Source: the human T2T-CHM13v2.0 reference genome, Homo sapiens
DNA length: 64,000 nucleotides
Assembly (NCBI RefSeq): GCF_009914755.1
Contig: NC_060930.1
Reading direction: 5' to 3' (one strand)
How positions within the stretch are numbered: position 1 is the stretch's first letter; each line of letters opens with the position of its first letter. The notes beneath the pieces are model-generated. The model worked only from the letters and a program-made list of their open reading frames with translations, was not told the origin of the DNA and made no database searches. This document shows, piece after piece, positions 28,312 through 41,275 of this stretch. Made by a program: the position numbers and the translations under genes.

Positions 28312-29511
28312 GCACTCCACAAAGAATTCTGTATCATTAGGTATTTTAGAACTGAATAGACAACAGATGATCATGTAAGAAACAGGTATTCACCTGCTGG
28401 AAGGCAAGAACTGCCATTATCTTAAAGTTTCTTTCACACCTATGACTATATTCTCTGAAATGAAATGGGTTCTTTGTATATTTTTCATAAATTTTGTCTA
28501 ACACACAATGGTAGTTCAACCACCATCTCATCTATTGTCATATAAGGACCAAAGTCTGGCTAAACTTTCCCTAAGCAGTGGAACAGTAGTTAAGAGAAAG
28601 ACTGCCAGGATTTGATCCCAGTTTTTTACTTACTAGCTGCTTGATGTTGTTGCCTCAATTTTCTGTTCTGAAAAATGGAAGCAATAGTTTTACCTCACTC
28701 ATAGTGTTCTAAGAATTAAATTAAGTGTCTAGTACAGTCCCGGGTACATGTTATATGATCAATAAGAGTGAGCTAACTAAAGAAATTTGACCTGTCCTCT
28801 ATTGACAACTTTTTTGGGAAAAGGAAATTCATATTTTTCATATGATTTCCCATATGTCAGCCACATAGATATTTTTTGTTTCCCTACTTCCTAAGATCTT
28901 CATCAAATTAGTCATGCCGTTATTGGTATAAAACTCTCCAACAGCTAAGCACAGTGGCAAGACAATAAAATGTATGTGATTTTAGAGCCAGTCAAAGAGA
29001 TTGGGACTTCAATTATCTATTTCATATTCTAAGGCTATATCAAGTCCTTCACTCTTTTATAATATATTTATATTTCAGACATTATTTACAGGTATTTGTC
29101 TTTTCACTCTCCATGAAACAGCTAGAATTCAAAATAGAAAAATTCCTTTGATGTCTTTTTAGTTCATTCTTTATAGCCTTTGATTTTTTAAATTAAAAAA
29201 GTATGCTTATTCTAGAAAAATGAGAGTTCAGCTAAGTAAAAAAGAGAGAGAAAAAGAAAAAGAAAGACATATATGGATTATCCCAATGTTAGTGATCTCT
29301 TAGTTGATTTTTAAAGCTTTGGATTTTTAATTTTTTAAAAAATGTATACTTATTTTAGAAAAATAGAGAACATAGATAAGTAAAAATACAGAAAGAAAAA
29401 CAAAGGAATATTCGCTCATAACCCTAATATCCATAGGAAGCCATGACTAACTTAAGTCTATCTTTCTAGGTATTTTTCTATGCATATATAAAAAATATAA
29501 TAATAAGAAAA

Positions 29512-29640
29512 GGCCTGGTGGCTCACGCCTATAATCCCAGCACTTTGGGAGGCTGAGGCAGAAGGATTGTTTGAGCCCAGGAGTTTAAGACCAACCCTGG
29601 CAACACAGCGAGACCCTATCTTTACAAATAAAAATAAAAT
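29512..29640 (+). mobile_element. FLAM (Alu left monomer)
   Basis: Monomer sequence with A-rich tail. Confidence 0.85.
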
Positions 29641-31669
29641 GTAATAGTATGAACATGATATTGTAATCTGTCTCTTTGTTTTTTTTCCTTCCAAAGCATA
29701 TGTGGGTAAGATGATTTACTCTAAACGAAAGTAAACCAACAGGGAAAAAAAGCTGTTTAGAATATGAAAGAGAAGAGAATGGATTGAGTCTGAGAGCAGG
29801 GAGATATGGAGATAATAAGACTGGAGAAGAGAAGAGGAGAGAAGCAAAGGGAGGGAGTTCATTTTGCTACCAGGGAATGCTGGGTTTAACTCTTCTTTCC
29901 CTGAAACGTGCAGACACCTGCAACCGCTCACTTTTGACCCTGGGTGGAAGAGATCCCTCCAGCACAGAGATAGTGGCAGGTTTTCTTCATGTTCACATTT
30001 TATGAATTTGGTGACTACTCTTTGGATATAGAAGGTGGTTCTTGAGAAAACATTCTGTTGAACACTCAACACACATACTTGCAGAACTCATTTTCATAAA
30101 GACCCCATATATGCCTCTTTAGGGGACTGAATTGAAAAAAACCAATGCCCACTAAAAAATACCTTTTCCTTCCAAAAATATCACCCTCAAACTGAAATCC
30201 ATATAATCATCTAATATGACATTTTGTCTAACCTGGATGAAAGTACCAGTCTGACCCACTTTTGAACTTGAACATAATAACAAACTTTCTAGTATTTTTA
30301 AAAAATAATCTAATACCCGTATTTGGCATTTAAAAAATGTATCTCAATAATTAGTTGCTTCTCTATTAAAGAAGGAAATTTAGTCTTAACTCTTGGAAAA
30401 ATAATTTCTATTTTCCTTTTATAAGGGAAAGTTCCTTTCCACTTTCCTGTAGGCCAGTGATGCACTGTTTAATTTATTGAGAAGTCATTCAACTGACACT
30501 CCTTAGTTGGTCCTGAGCTATCAGTCTTTCCCTTTCATTTTCTGCTGGTCTAAAAGATACACATGTCCTCCTCTTTTACATGTATTTTTCTACTTTTTAG
30601 AATTCATACCCTTCAATTTATCTGATTTATTGGCATAGAATTGTTTATAATATTTCCTCGTTATTGTTTTAATGTTGATAGAATATGTAATAAAGTCTCA
30701 TTATTCTAGAATTTAGAAATTTCTGGGGATTTTTCCCGGTTTATCTTAGCCAATCTAATTACTTTACCTATATATTATTAATCACTACAAAAAATTGGCT
30801 TTTGGTGTCTTTGGTTTTCTCTATTGTTTGTCTGTTTGCTATTTCATTGACATTTATTCTTGTCTTTACTATATCTTTCCTATGCTTATTTGAGTTTCAT
30901 TTCATTCTTTTTATAACTTCTTAAGGTAAAAACATATATTATTGATTTTAAACCTTTTTTCCTAATACGAACATTTAGAGTTATAAATTTTTCTCTAAAG
31001 CACTGCTGTGTCTACAATTCCCACATTTTGAAATATTGTATTATCAGTCAGGTCTAAATACATATTTGTTAGTTTTCTTTGAGATTTCTTATTTGATCTA
31101 TAGGTGATATAGAAGTTTGTTGCTTAATTTCCAAATCTTTGAAGATTTCCAGATATATGTTTCTTATTCACTTCTGAAGTAGTATTGTTTTGTTCAAAGC
31201 GTGTTTAGAACTGTTTCAATTATTTAATATTTATTGAGACATTTTATAGCTTACACAAGTGCTCTATCTCTGTGAATGTCTCATGTGCACTTAAAAATAA
31301 TATTTATTCTACTGTTGCTGGATGTAGAATTCTACAAATGTCAATTTGATTTTGTTGACAGTATTGTTCAAATCTTCAATATCTTTACTGATTTATGCCA
31401 TTTTTTAAAAATCATTTACTGAGACGGGAGTATAAAAACCTTTAATGACAATTGTGGATTTGTCTACTTCTCCCTTCAGCTCTGTCATTCTTTGCTTCAT
31501 ATATTTTGAAGTTCTGTTTTTAGGTGAATACCCATTTATGATTGCTGTCTCCTCTTAATGAACTGACCTGTTTAAAATTGTGAAATGTTTCCCTTGATCA
31601 ATACTTTCATTCTGAAGTCTACTTTGATCTTAATATGGACACAACTACTTTTCCTATTCTTATCTTTTA

Positions 31670-32278
31670 ATTTTTATTTCTATTAACTATTTCTTAATTG
31701 ACAAGTAAAAATTGTATATATTTATGGTATGCAGCATAATGTTTTGGTATATGTGTATATTGGGGAATAGTTGAATTAAGCTATTTAACATATACATTAC
31801 CTCACATGCCATTTTTCTTGGTGTGAACACTTAAAATCTACTCTATTAAATAGGCAACTTTCAAATCGACAATATATTATTAACTGTAGTCATCATAATG
31901 TGCAATAGATCTCTTGAACATATTCCTCCTGTCTAACTGAAATTTTGTGTCTGACTGACATCTCCCCAGTGAACCATGCCTCAGCCTCTGGTAACCACCA
32001 TTTAACTCTGTTTCTATGAGTTTGACACTTTTATACTCCACATGTAAGTGAGATCATATGGTATTTGTTGTTCTTTCTTTGCCTGTCTTGTTTCACCTAA
32101 TATAATATACTCCAGGTTCATTCATGTTGTTGCAAATGGTTTCCTACTTTTTAAAAGATGAATAGTTATTCCATTGTGCATATATACCACATTTTCTTTA
32201 TCTATTCATCCAATAATGAACACTTAGGTTAATTTTATATTTTGGCTATTGTGAATGATGCTTCAATGAACATGGAAT
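31670..32278 (-). mobile_element. L1MA (MA8/9-type) 3' end
   Basis: 'ttaattgacaagtaaaaattgtatatatttatggta...catgtaagtgagatcatatggtatttg'. Confidence 0.8.
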
Positions 32279-32653
32279 AGGCACAACTTTCTTTTTAAAT
32301 TCATGTTTGCATGACATACATTTTACCACCCTTTAATTTTAAACTATTCTTGTCTTTACATCTAATGTATGTCTCTTTTAAGCAACTTATAGTTGGGCCT
32401 TGGTTTTTAATCTAATCTGGTGAACTTTATCTTTGATTGGGCAGTTTATTTCATTTACATATAATGCAGTAATTGCTACATTGTTTATAAATATGCTACC
32501 TTGTAATTTTTTGTAATTTTTTATTTGTTTCAGATTCTCTCTAGTCTCTTCCCCTTTTTTTCTTCCTTTTTTTTGGATTGAGTACATGTTAGTATTTTAT
32601 TTCATCTCCTCTACTGGCTTCTGGTTTATCATCATATTTTTTTGTTTTCATTT

Positions 32654-33906
32654 ACTTTTGTTTGTTTTATTATTATACTTAAAGTTCTGGGGTACATGTG
32701 CAGAACGTGCAGTTTTGTTACATAGGTATACACGTGCCATGGTGGTTTGCTGCCCATCAACCCGTCACCTACGTTAGGTATTTCTCCTAATGTTATCCCT
32801 CCCCTAGCTCCCCACCCCTACAGGCCCCAGTGTGTGATGTTCCCCTCACTATGTCCATGTGTTCTCATTGTTCAACTCCCACTTACGAGTGAGAACATGT
32901 GGTGTTTGGTTTTCTGTTCTTGTGATAGTTTGCAGAGAATGATGGTTTCCAGCTTCATCCATGTCCCTGCAAAGGACATGAACTCATCCTTTTTTGTGGC
33001 TGCATAGTACTCCATGGTGTATATGTGCCATATTTTCTTTATCCAATGTATTATTGATGGACATTTGGGTTGGTTCCAAGTCTTTACTATTGTGAATAGT
33101 GCTGCAGTAAACATACATGTGCATGTGTCTTTATAGTAGAATGATTTATAATCCTTAGGGTGTATATCCAGTAATGGGATTGCTGGGTCAAATGGTATTT
33201 CTAGTTCTAGATCCTTGAGGAACTGCCACACTGTCTTCCACAATAGTTGAACTAATTTACACTCCCACCAACAGTGTAAAAGCATTCCTGTTTCTCCACA
33301 TTCTCTCCAGCATCTGTTGTTTCCTGACTTTTTAATGATCGCCATGCTAACTGGCATGAGATGGTATCGCATTGTGGTTTTAATTTGCATTTCTCTAATG
33401 ACCAGTGATGATGAGCATTTTTTCATATGTCTGTTGGCTGCATAAATGTCTTATTTTGAGAAGTGTCTGTTCATATCCTTTGTCCACTTTTTGATGGGGT
33501 CGTTTGTTTTTTCTTGTAAATTTGTTTAAGTTCCTTGTAGATTCTGGATATTAGCCCTTTGTCAGATGAGTAGATTGCAAAAATTTTCTCCCATTCTGTA
33601 GGTTGCCTATTCACTCTGATGATATTTTCCTTTGCTGTGCAGAAGCTCTGTAGTTTAATTAGATCCTATTTGTCAATTCTGGCTTTTGTTGCCATGCTTT
33701 TGGTGTTTTAGACATGAAGTCTTTGCCCATGCCCATGTCCTGAATGGTATTGCCCAGGTTTTCTTCTAGGATTTTTATGGTCTATCTATTTTGTTGAGCT
33801 TTTCAAAAAACCAGCTCCTGGATTCATTGATTTTTGGGAGGGTTTTTCGTGTCTCTGTCTCCTTCAGTTCTGCTCTGATCTTAGTTATTTCTTGTCTTCT
33901 GTTAGA
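32654..33906 (-). mobile_element. L1PA7-like truncated element with internal deletion
   Basis: ORF2 C-terminus ORF 32872..33426; L1PA7-type 3'UTR; TSD tttgttttcattt at 32641-32653 and 33907-33919. Confidence 0.88.
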
Positions 33907-34078
33907 TTTGTTTTCATTTTATTAGCAGTTGCTTTACAATTTACAACATGAATTTTTAATCTATCAGAGTCTACCCCCAGTATCATACTAATTTATGTAT
34001 ATGGTAAGAATCTTACAATAGTATACTTCCATTTTCTCCCTTCCCATTTTTGTATTATTGTTTGCTATGTATATTTTA

Positions 34079-36710
34079 TTTTTTTTATTTATTTTTTTTT
34101 TTTTTAAGAGGGGAAAGCTTTATTTGTTTTGTAGTTAAATTCTTTTTTTTTTTTTCTTTTTTTTTTTATTTATTTATTTATTTTTTTTTTATTTTTTATT
34201 TTTATTGATCATTCTTGGGTGTTTCTCGCAGAGGGGGATTTGGCAGGGTCATAGGACAATAGTGGAGGGAAGGTCAGCAGATAAACAAGTGAACAAAGGT
34301 CTCTGGTTTTCCTAGGCAGAGGACCCTGCGGCCTTCCGCAGTGTTTGTGTCCCTGGGTACTTAAGATTAGGGAGTGGTGATGACTCTTAACGAGCATGCT
34401 GCCTTCAAGCATCTGTTTAACAAAGCACATCTTGCACCGCCCTTAATCCATTTAACCCTGAGTGGACACAGCACATGTTTCAGAGAGCACAGGGTTGGGG
34501 ATAAGGTCACAGATCAACAGGATCCCAAGGCAGAAGAATTTTTCTTAGTACAGAACAAAATGAAAAGTCTCCCATGTCTACTTCTATCCACACAGACCCG
34601 GCAACCATCCGATTTCTCAATTTTTTCCCCACCCTTCCCGCCTTTCTATTCCACAAAACCGCCATTGTCATCATGGCCCATCCCCAATGAGCCGCTGGGC
34701 ACACCTCCCAGACGGGGTCGTGGCCGGGCAGAGGGGCTCCTCACTTCCCAGTAGGGGCGGCCCGGCAGAAGTGCCCCTCACCTCCCAGATGGGGCGGCTG
34801 GCCGGGCGGGGGGCTGACCCCCCCACCGCCCTCCCGGACGGGGCGGCTGGCCAGGCAGAGGGGCTCCTCACTTCCCAGTAGGGGCGGCCGGGCAGAGGCG
34901 CCCCTCACCTCCTGGATAGGGCGGCTGGCCGGGCGGGGGGCTGTTCCCCCCACCTCCCTCCCGGACGGGGCGGCTGGCCGGGCAGAGGGGTCCTCACTTC
35001 CCAGTAGGGGCGGCCGGGCAGAGGCGCCCCTCACCTCCCGGACGGGGCGGCTGGCCAGGCAGGGGGCTGATCCCCCCACCTCCCTCCCGGACGGGGCGGC
35101 TGGCCGGGCAGAGGGGTCCTCACTTCCCAGTAGGGGCGGCCGGGCAGAGGCACCCCTCACCTCCCGGACGGGGCGGCTGGCCAGGCAGGGGGCTGATCCC
35201 CCCACCTCCCTCCCGGACGGGGCGGCTGGCCGGGCAGGGGGCTGACCCCCCCTCCCCCCTCCCAGACGGGGCGGCTGGCCGGGCGGGGGGCTGACCCCCC
35301 CACCTCCCTCCTGGGCGGGGCGGCTGGCCGGGCAGAGGGGCTCCTCACTTCCCAGTAGGGGCGGCCGGGCAGAGGCGCCCCTCACCTCCCGGACGGGGCG
35401 GCTGGCCAGGCGGGGGGCTGACCCCCCACCTCCCTCCCGGACTGGGCGGCTGGCCGGGCGGGGGGTTGACCCCCCCACCTCCCTCCTGGACGGGGCGACT
35501 GGCCGGGCAGAGGGGCTCCTCACTTCCCAGTAGGGGCGGCCGGGCAGAGGAGCCCCTCACCTCCCGGCCGGGGCGGCTGGCCGACCCCCCCCCCCCGGCC
35601 TCCCTCCCGGACGGGGCGGCTGGCCGGGCAGAGGGGCTCCTCACTTCCCAGTAGGGGCGGCCGGGCAGAGGAGCCCCTCACCTCCCGGACGGGGCGGCTG
35701 GCCGGGCGGGGGGCTGACCCCCCCCACCTCCCTCCCGGACGGGGTGGCTGCCGGGCGGAGACGCTCCTCACTTCCCAGACGGGGTGGTTGCCAGACGGAG
35801 GGGCTCCTCACTTCTCAGACGGGGCGGTTGCCAGGCAGAGGGTTTCCTCACTTCTCAGACGGAGCGGCCGGGCAGAGACACTCCTCACCTCCCAGACAGG
35901 GTTGCGGCCCAGCAGAGGCGCTCCTCACATCCCAGACAGGGCGGTGGGGCAGAGGTGCTCCCCACATCTCAGACGATGGGCGGCCGGGCAGAGACGCTCC
36001 TCACTTCCTAGATGGGATGGCGGCGGGGAAGAGGCGCTTCTCGCTTCCTAGATGGGATGGCGGCCGGGCAGAGACGCTCCTCACTTTCCACACTGGGCAG
36101 CCAGGCAGAGGGGCTCCTCATATCCCAGACGATGGGTGGCCAAGCAGAGACGCTCCTCACTTCCCAGACGGGCTGGCGGCCGGGCAGAGGCTGCAATCTC
36201 GGCTCTTTGGGAGGCCAAGGCAGGCGGCTGGGAGGTGGTTGTAGCGAGCCGAGATCACGCCACTGCACTCCAGCCTGGGCACCATTGAGCACTGAGTGAA
36301 CGAGACTCCATCTGCAATCCCAGCACCTCGGGAGGCCGAGGCTGGCGGATCACTCGCGGTTAGGAGCTGGAGACCAGCCCGGCCAACACAGCGAAACCCC
36401 ATCTCCACCAAAAAAAAACGAAAACCAGTCAGGCGTGGCGGCGCGCGCCTGCAATCGCAGGCACTCGGCAGGCTGAGGCAGGAGAATCAGGCAGGGAGGC
36501 CGCAGCGAGCCGAGATGGCAGCAGTACAGTCCAGCTTCGGCTCGGCATGAGAGGGAGAGGGAGACGGGAGAGGGAGAGGGAGACGGGAGAGGGAGAGGGA
36601 GACGGGAGAGGGAGAGGGAGACGGGAGAGGGAGAGGGAGACGGGAGAGGGAGAGGGAGACGGGAGAGGGAGAGGGAGACGGGAGAGGGAGAGGGAGACGG
36701 GAGAGGGAGC
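34079..36710 (-). mobile_element. Full-length SVA (young, tentatively SVA_E-like) with 3' transduction
   Basis: Hexamer head 36549-36709, Alu-like ~36186-36548, GC-rich VNTR ~34705-36185, SINE-R ~34201-34705, two poly-A tails; TSD tgctatgtatatttta at 34063-34078 and 36711-36726. Confidence 0.97.
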
Positions 36711-38454
36711 TGCTATGTATATTTTAAACTCCATGATATTTTGTTATTTCTGCTTTAAAGAATCAATTAATTTTTGAAGAAATTACAGTATGAAAAAGAA
36801 TTTTAGATTTGCCTGTATACTAACCGTATCTGGCACCCTTTATTCCTTTGTGTAAAATCAAGTTTTCATATATCATTATCCTTCACCTGAAGACCTTCTT
36901 TATACACTTCTTGTAGTTGAAGTCTCCTGGCAATGTATTCTCTCAGATCTGGTTAGTCTGATAATCTCTTTATTTCAACTTCATTTTTGGTGGATATTTT
37001 AACTGGTTACAGAATGTTAGGTTCACAGTCTTTTTTTTTTTTCATTTAAGAAAAAAATGGTAATTCATTATTCTATTTCCATTATTTCTGATGAGAAGGC
37101 ATTATTATTATTATTATTAATATTATTATCACTATTAGTCATTGTTATTATCATTCTCCTGTAGGTGATGTGTGTTTTTCTGTCTGCTTTTAAGATTATG
37201 TACCTTGGGACAATCATGGGCTCCCTTCATTTTTGCCTTCTCTGCCAAAGTTCACTGTGCTACGTGCTGTTAAAGATCTGAACTGGTGATTTCATATAAT
37301 TTTACCCAGGTGAATAGTCATTTATGTCTTAGCACAAGTTTAGCTAGTACTAGTCCCAATATCTGACTGAGCAGAAGCCTGATAGGATAGTTTTAAAACA
37401 GCAAACCAATAAGGAGTTTCCTAGGAATAGAGAATTCCCAGCTTGGATTTTTTCTTTTTTCCTTTTCTTTAAGCACTAAGTCATTGACGATTTTAAAGCA
37501 AGGTTTTGACTTACTCGGTGATATTATTTAGAGTGTTTTGGCTAATAATTTTAGCAAGACTATATTGAGATGAGGGGAAAAAGGAGGCTTGCTGACCCAA
37601 TAGGATGCTTTCAATTGTGCGGGTGAGAAATAGTAAAATACCTACACTAACATGAAGGTGCAGAGAAGGGAGAGGAGGGAGAATGAAAGAGATCCCATAG
37701 ACATGGATGAGGCAAAAACAACCCAACCTAGAGAAGGGCATGAATTCTGACCAAAAGTAGGTAAATGCATAGGAAGAAGGAGTACATTTATTTTAGGCCA
37801 GAAGAAAGTGAAAAGGAGAAGACTGAAAGCTCAGGGTCAACTGAGGGATGTCATTTTGAGTCACTTAATAAATTAAACAATGAATCATTGGCCTAGAGAG
37901 AAGTAGGAAGGGCACTTGGGATAAAAGGAGAACAGGAATCATTTTTCTAATAGTAAAGATTACCTTTCTCTCTTTAATGGAGAAACAACTGATTATTGAG
38001 GTTAAAATATAAAAGCAAAAAAGGTACCTTTGTATAATCCTTATACCATCAAAGAGGCAGAAGATCTCATAATAATCAGATCAGGAAAACTTTACTTACA
38101 GTCCGATCTTCACCAGTGATATATAGCAAAACCTCTCATGACATCAGGCATCTAGGCAACACTGCATCATGTCATTGCAGCTTGCTTATTTTGCTGCTGA
38201 AACATGTAGTTAAAAGTTTGATTTTATAATTCTATTCTGTTCCTGAAATGCGTTCTGAAGGATTTTTACAAACAAGGCAGTTTCTAAAAGAAGCAAGTGT
38301 CTGGATGATAGAAGAAAGCTCAAAAGTGGCCTTTTCTGCAAATCTAGCTGGCAGATCCATTTCCATCACCTGGTCACTGTATTCCCAAATTCCTAGAGGA
38401 ATTAATGAAATCTAAAGCTGGGGAGCACATTACACCTCTCATTCAAGCCCCTCA

Positions 38455-38577
38455 CTTTACAGACAATGGATCAATTAAACCATGGGTCACTGGCCTAGAG
38501 AGAAGTAGGAAGGATATTACTTTCTACTTCTCTCTAGGTCAATGATCCATGGTTTAATTGATGCATTATTTGTAAAG
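38455..38577. repeat. 58-bp-arm imperfect inverted repeat (hairpin, 7-nt loop)
   Basis: 38455-38512 versus reverse complement of 38520-38577: 51/58 identities. Confidence 0.9.
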
Positions 38578-38685
38578 AGAAGAGGAAGATAGGCTCATAG
38601 CTTCTCTCAGCTCACAGATGTTATGTGATTGGTACAAGGTCACACAGCTATTACTAGTAGAGCCTTGATTAAAAATCACATCACA

Positions 38686-39000
<315 letters not shown>

Positions 39001-40905
39001 CTACTGTTTATTAAGCATCCTGTACCCAGTATTATGCTACATGCTTTGGTGTCACAATAAATTCCACTGAAAAAACATATCAGAGAGGTTAAGTAAATTG
39101 GCAAGGTAACCAACTAGTAAATGGCAGAGATGAAATTTGCTTCAAAGCCTGTCTGACTCCACAGCCTATGCTTTTATCCAATACCCCACAGTGTTTTTTC
39201 CCCATTCGTACCACACTTCTTGCCCAGTGTCCCACTGGTAACAGTGAAAGCCAGAACTGACAGTCTTATCAAAACTTGACAGATAGATTTGTAGAAAAAC
39301 AAATGGGCAAGACTATTGAAACAGCCCACACTATTGTACCTCAGATTCTGACACCAGGAAATCCAATGCTGGGGAAGAAAATGTAGGTTTTTCTCCTTGG
39401 TGGCCCCGCTGAAACCCTATACTTCCTCTTTCTCAGGCCACACTACCTTGAAGAATTACGCATCTGGGCCACTCACAGCATCCAATCTACATTTTTTCCA
39501 ACTCATAAATGGGCTCCCATAAGACTGGTGTTTTTTCCAACTGAGGATCATGACCCATTAGTGCACCAAGAAATCAGTTCAGTGGGTCATGACTAATGAA
39601 TTTTTTCATCAAATAAAATAGAGTATACTCTTTCCTTTGTCATGGACCCCCAGTAGTAATATTTTAGGCTTGAAAGGGATTTTCTTTATCGTATTGGGTG
39701 GCCTTGGGTAGAGGTGGTTTCTTTTAATTTTGATTTCTCTTGAATTAACATTCATTCCATATTTAGTTTGCTGGAATCAGCCTAAATCCTGACCAAAAAA
39801 ACTCCCTTGCAGAGGCTCCTTAAAAGAAGAGACACTGTTTCCTTATGATCTGTTTATATGATAATTAAACCAGGGTGCTGTTGCAGTCTTTCCATCTTTC
39901 TCCTTGCCTAGGGCGTAGAATCTATAGACTTCTCAGGTTAATTGCACCCAATCTAATTCTGCCTCCCCTGTGCAAGTTAGAGCCTAAGTGTCTCCTCAGA
40001 GTCTGGAGGACTCTTTGAAGCTTCAGCTGCCTCAAGAGCACAGGGCTGAGAGGCTGAGAATCAGCTGGAATGCAAGTGTTAGTCCCACTCCCTCCCCAAA
40101 TGAAAAACCACATTGAAGTATTTGTCCTCTGTGCTTTGTTCCTAAAACAAACAATATTTAGCTAAGTATGGTATAAAGGGTGACCATTTGCCACAACTGA
40201 TAAATAAACTGGTAACCACAATGATGAGGGAGAAGTGGGGTATTTTGTGGTTTTGGGGGGAATTGAAAGCTCTCTTTCAGCGGTGACAGGCCACAAAAGA
40301 TGAACATCATCAAAACAAGGAAATACATCTTTTTCTTAGAACAGAAGCTTTCTTGGCTGCAGTGGGGAAGCATGTTTTTATTTTTAGGCGATTGCTCTTT
40401 AACAGGTAAAAGACATTGTGGAATCATTTCTCTGACATGGAGATTAAGGGTAGAGGTACAGTTCAAATTTCACTTTTCTGGTTTTTTTTTTTAAATTAAA
40501 ACCATTTTATTTAAAAATCACACTTGGGGTCCTAATAAAAACTGAAAACTTAATGAGATGGCTGGATTTTGCCTGTCAAAGCAAATTTAATGGGACAAAA
40601 TTTAAAAATAGGGTATTCTGTGATGCCATGTGTTCAGGTAAAGTTAAAATTTTAGCTGTGTATAATAGTTCAAGATAATTTTTTAAAACTCTGTCTTTTC
40701 TATAATTATAATGCAAATCTTTTCTATTTATGTAATCTTTTGGTTTGAAGAAGATTTGATGAAATTTGCCCTATTTAGATTAGGGGCATATAAATTAATG
40801 CTAAAAAATATATCAAATAATTTTTATAGCATCTACTAACCAGGAGCATATCTAAATTTACATTTATTTTTCTAAAAGATAAAAATATAATTTTGGCAAT
40901 AGAAT

Positions 40906-41275
40906 TGTATTCGTCCATTTTCATGCTGCTGATAAAGACATACCCAAGACTGGGAAATTTACAAAGGGAAGAGGTTTCATTGGACTCAGAGTTCCACGTG
41001 GCTGGGGAGTCCTCACAATCATGGCAGAAGGCAAGGAGGAGCAAGTCACATCTTGGATGGTGGCAGGCAAAGAGAGAACCTGTGCAGTCAAACCCGTTTT
41101 TTTTTTTTTTTTAAACCATCAGATCTCGTGAGACTTACTATCACGAGAACAGCACGGGAAAGACCCGCCCCCATAATTCAATCACTTCCCACCAGGATCC
41201 TCCCAAGACATGTGGGAATTGTGGGAGTTACAATTCAAGATGAAATTTGGGTGGGGACCCAGCCAAACTATATTA
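40906..41275 (-). mobile_element. THE1 (B/C-type) solo LTR
   Basis: 'tgtattcgtccattttcatgctgctgataaagacatacc'; TSD agaat at 40901-40905 and 41276-41280. Confidence 0.92.

Larger units (their letters stand above)
30560..37200 (-). mobile_element. Ancient L1M body hosting three later insertions
   Basis: T-rich degenerate L1 antisense sequence in 30560-31660, 32281-32640, 33920-34062 and 36727-37200. Confidence 0.6.

Noticed and set aside
36549-36709. Regular repeat array resembling CRISPR or satellite
   Set aside because: No spacers; it is the SVA hexamer head in a eukaryotic context
34741-36777. Long Pro/Arg/Gly-rich ORFs (up to 260 aa)
   Set aside because: Translations of the SVA VNTR, Alu-like and hexamer regions, not genes
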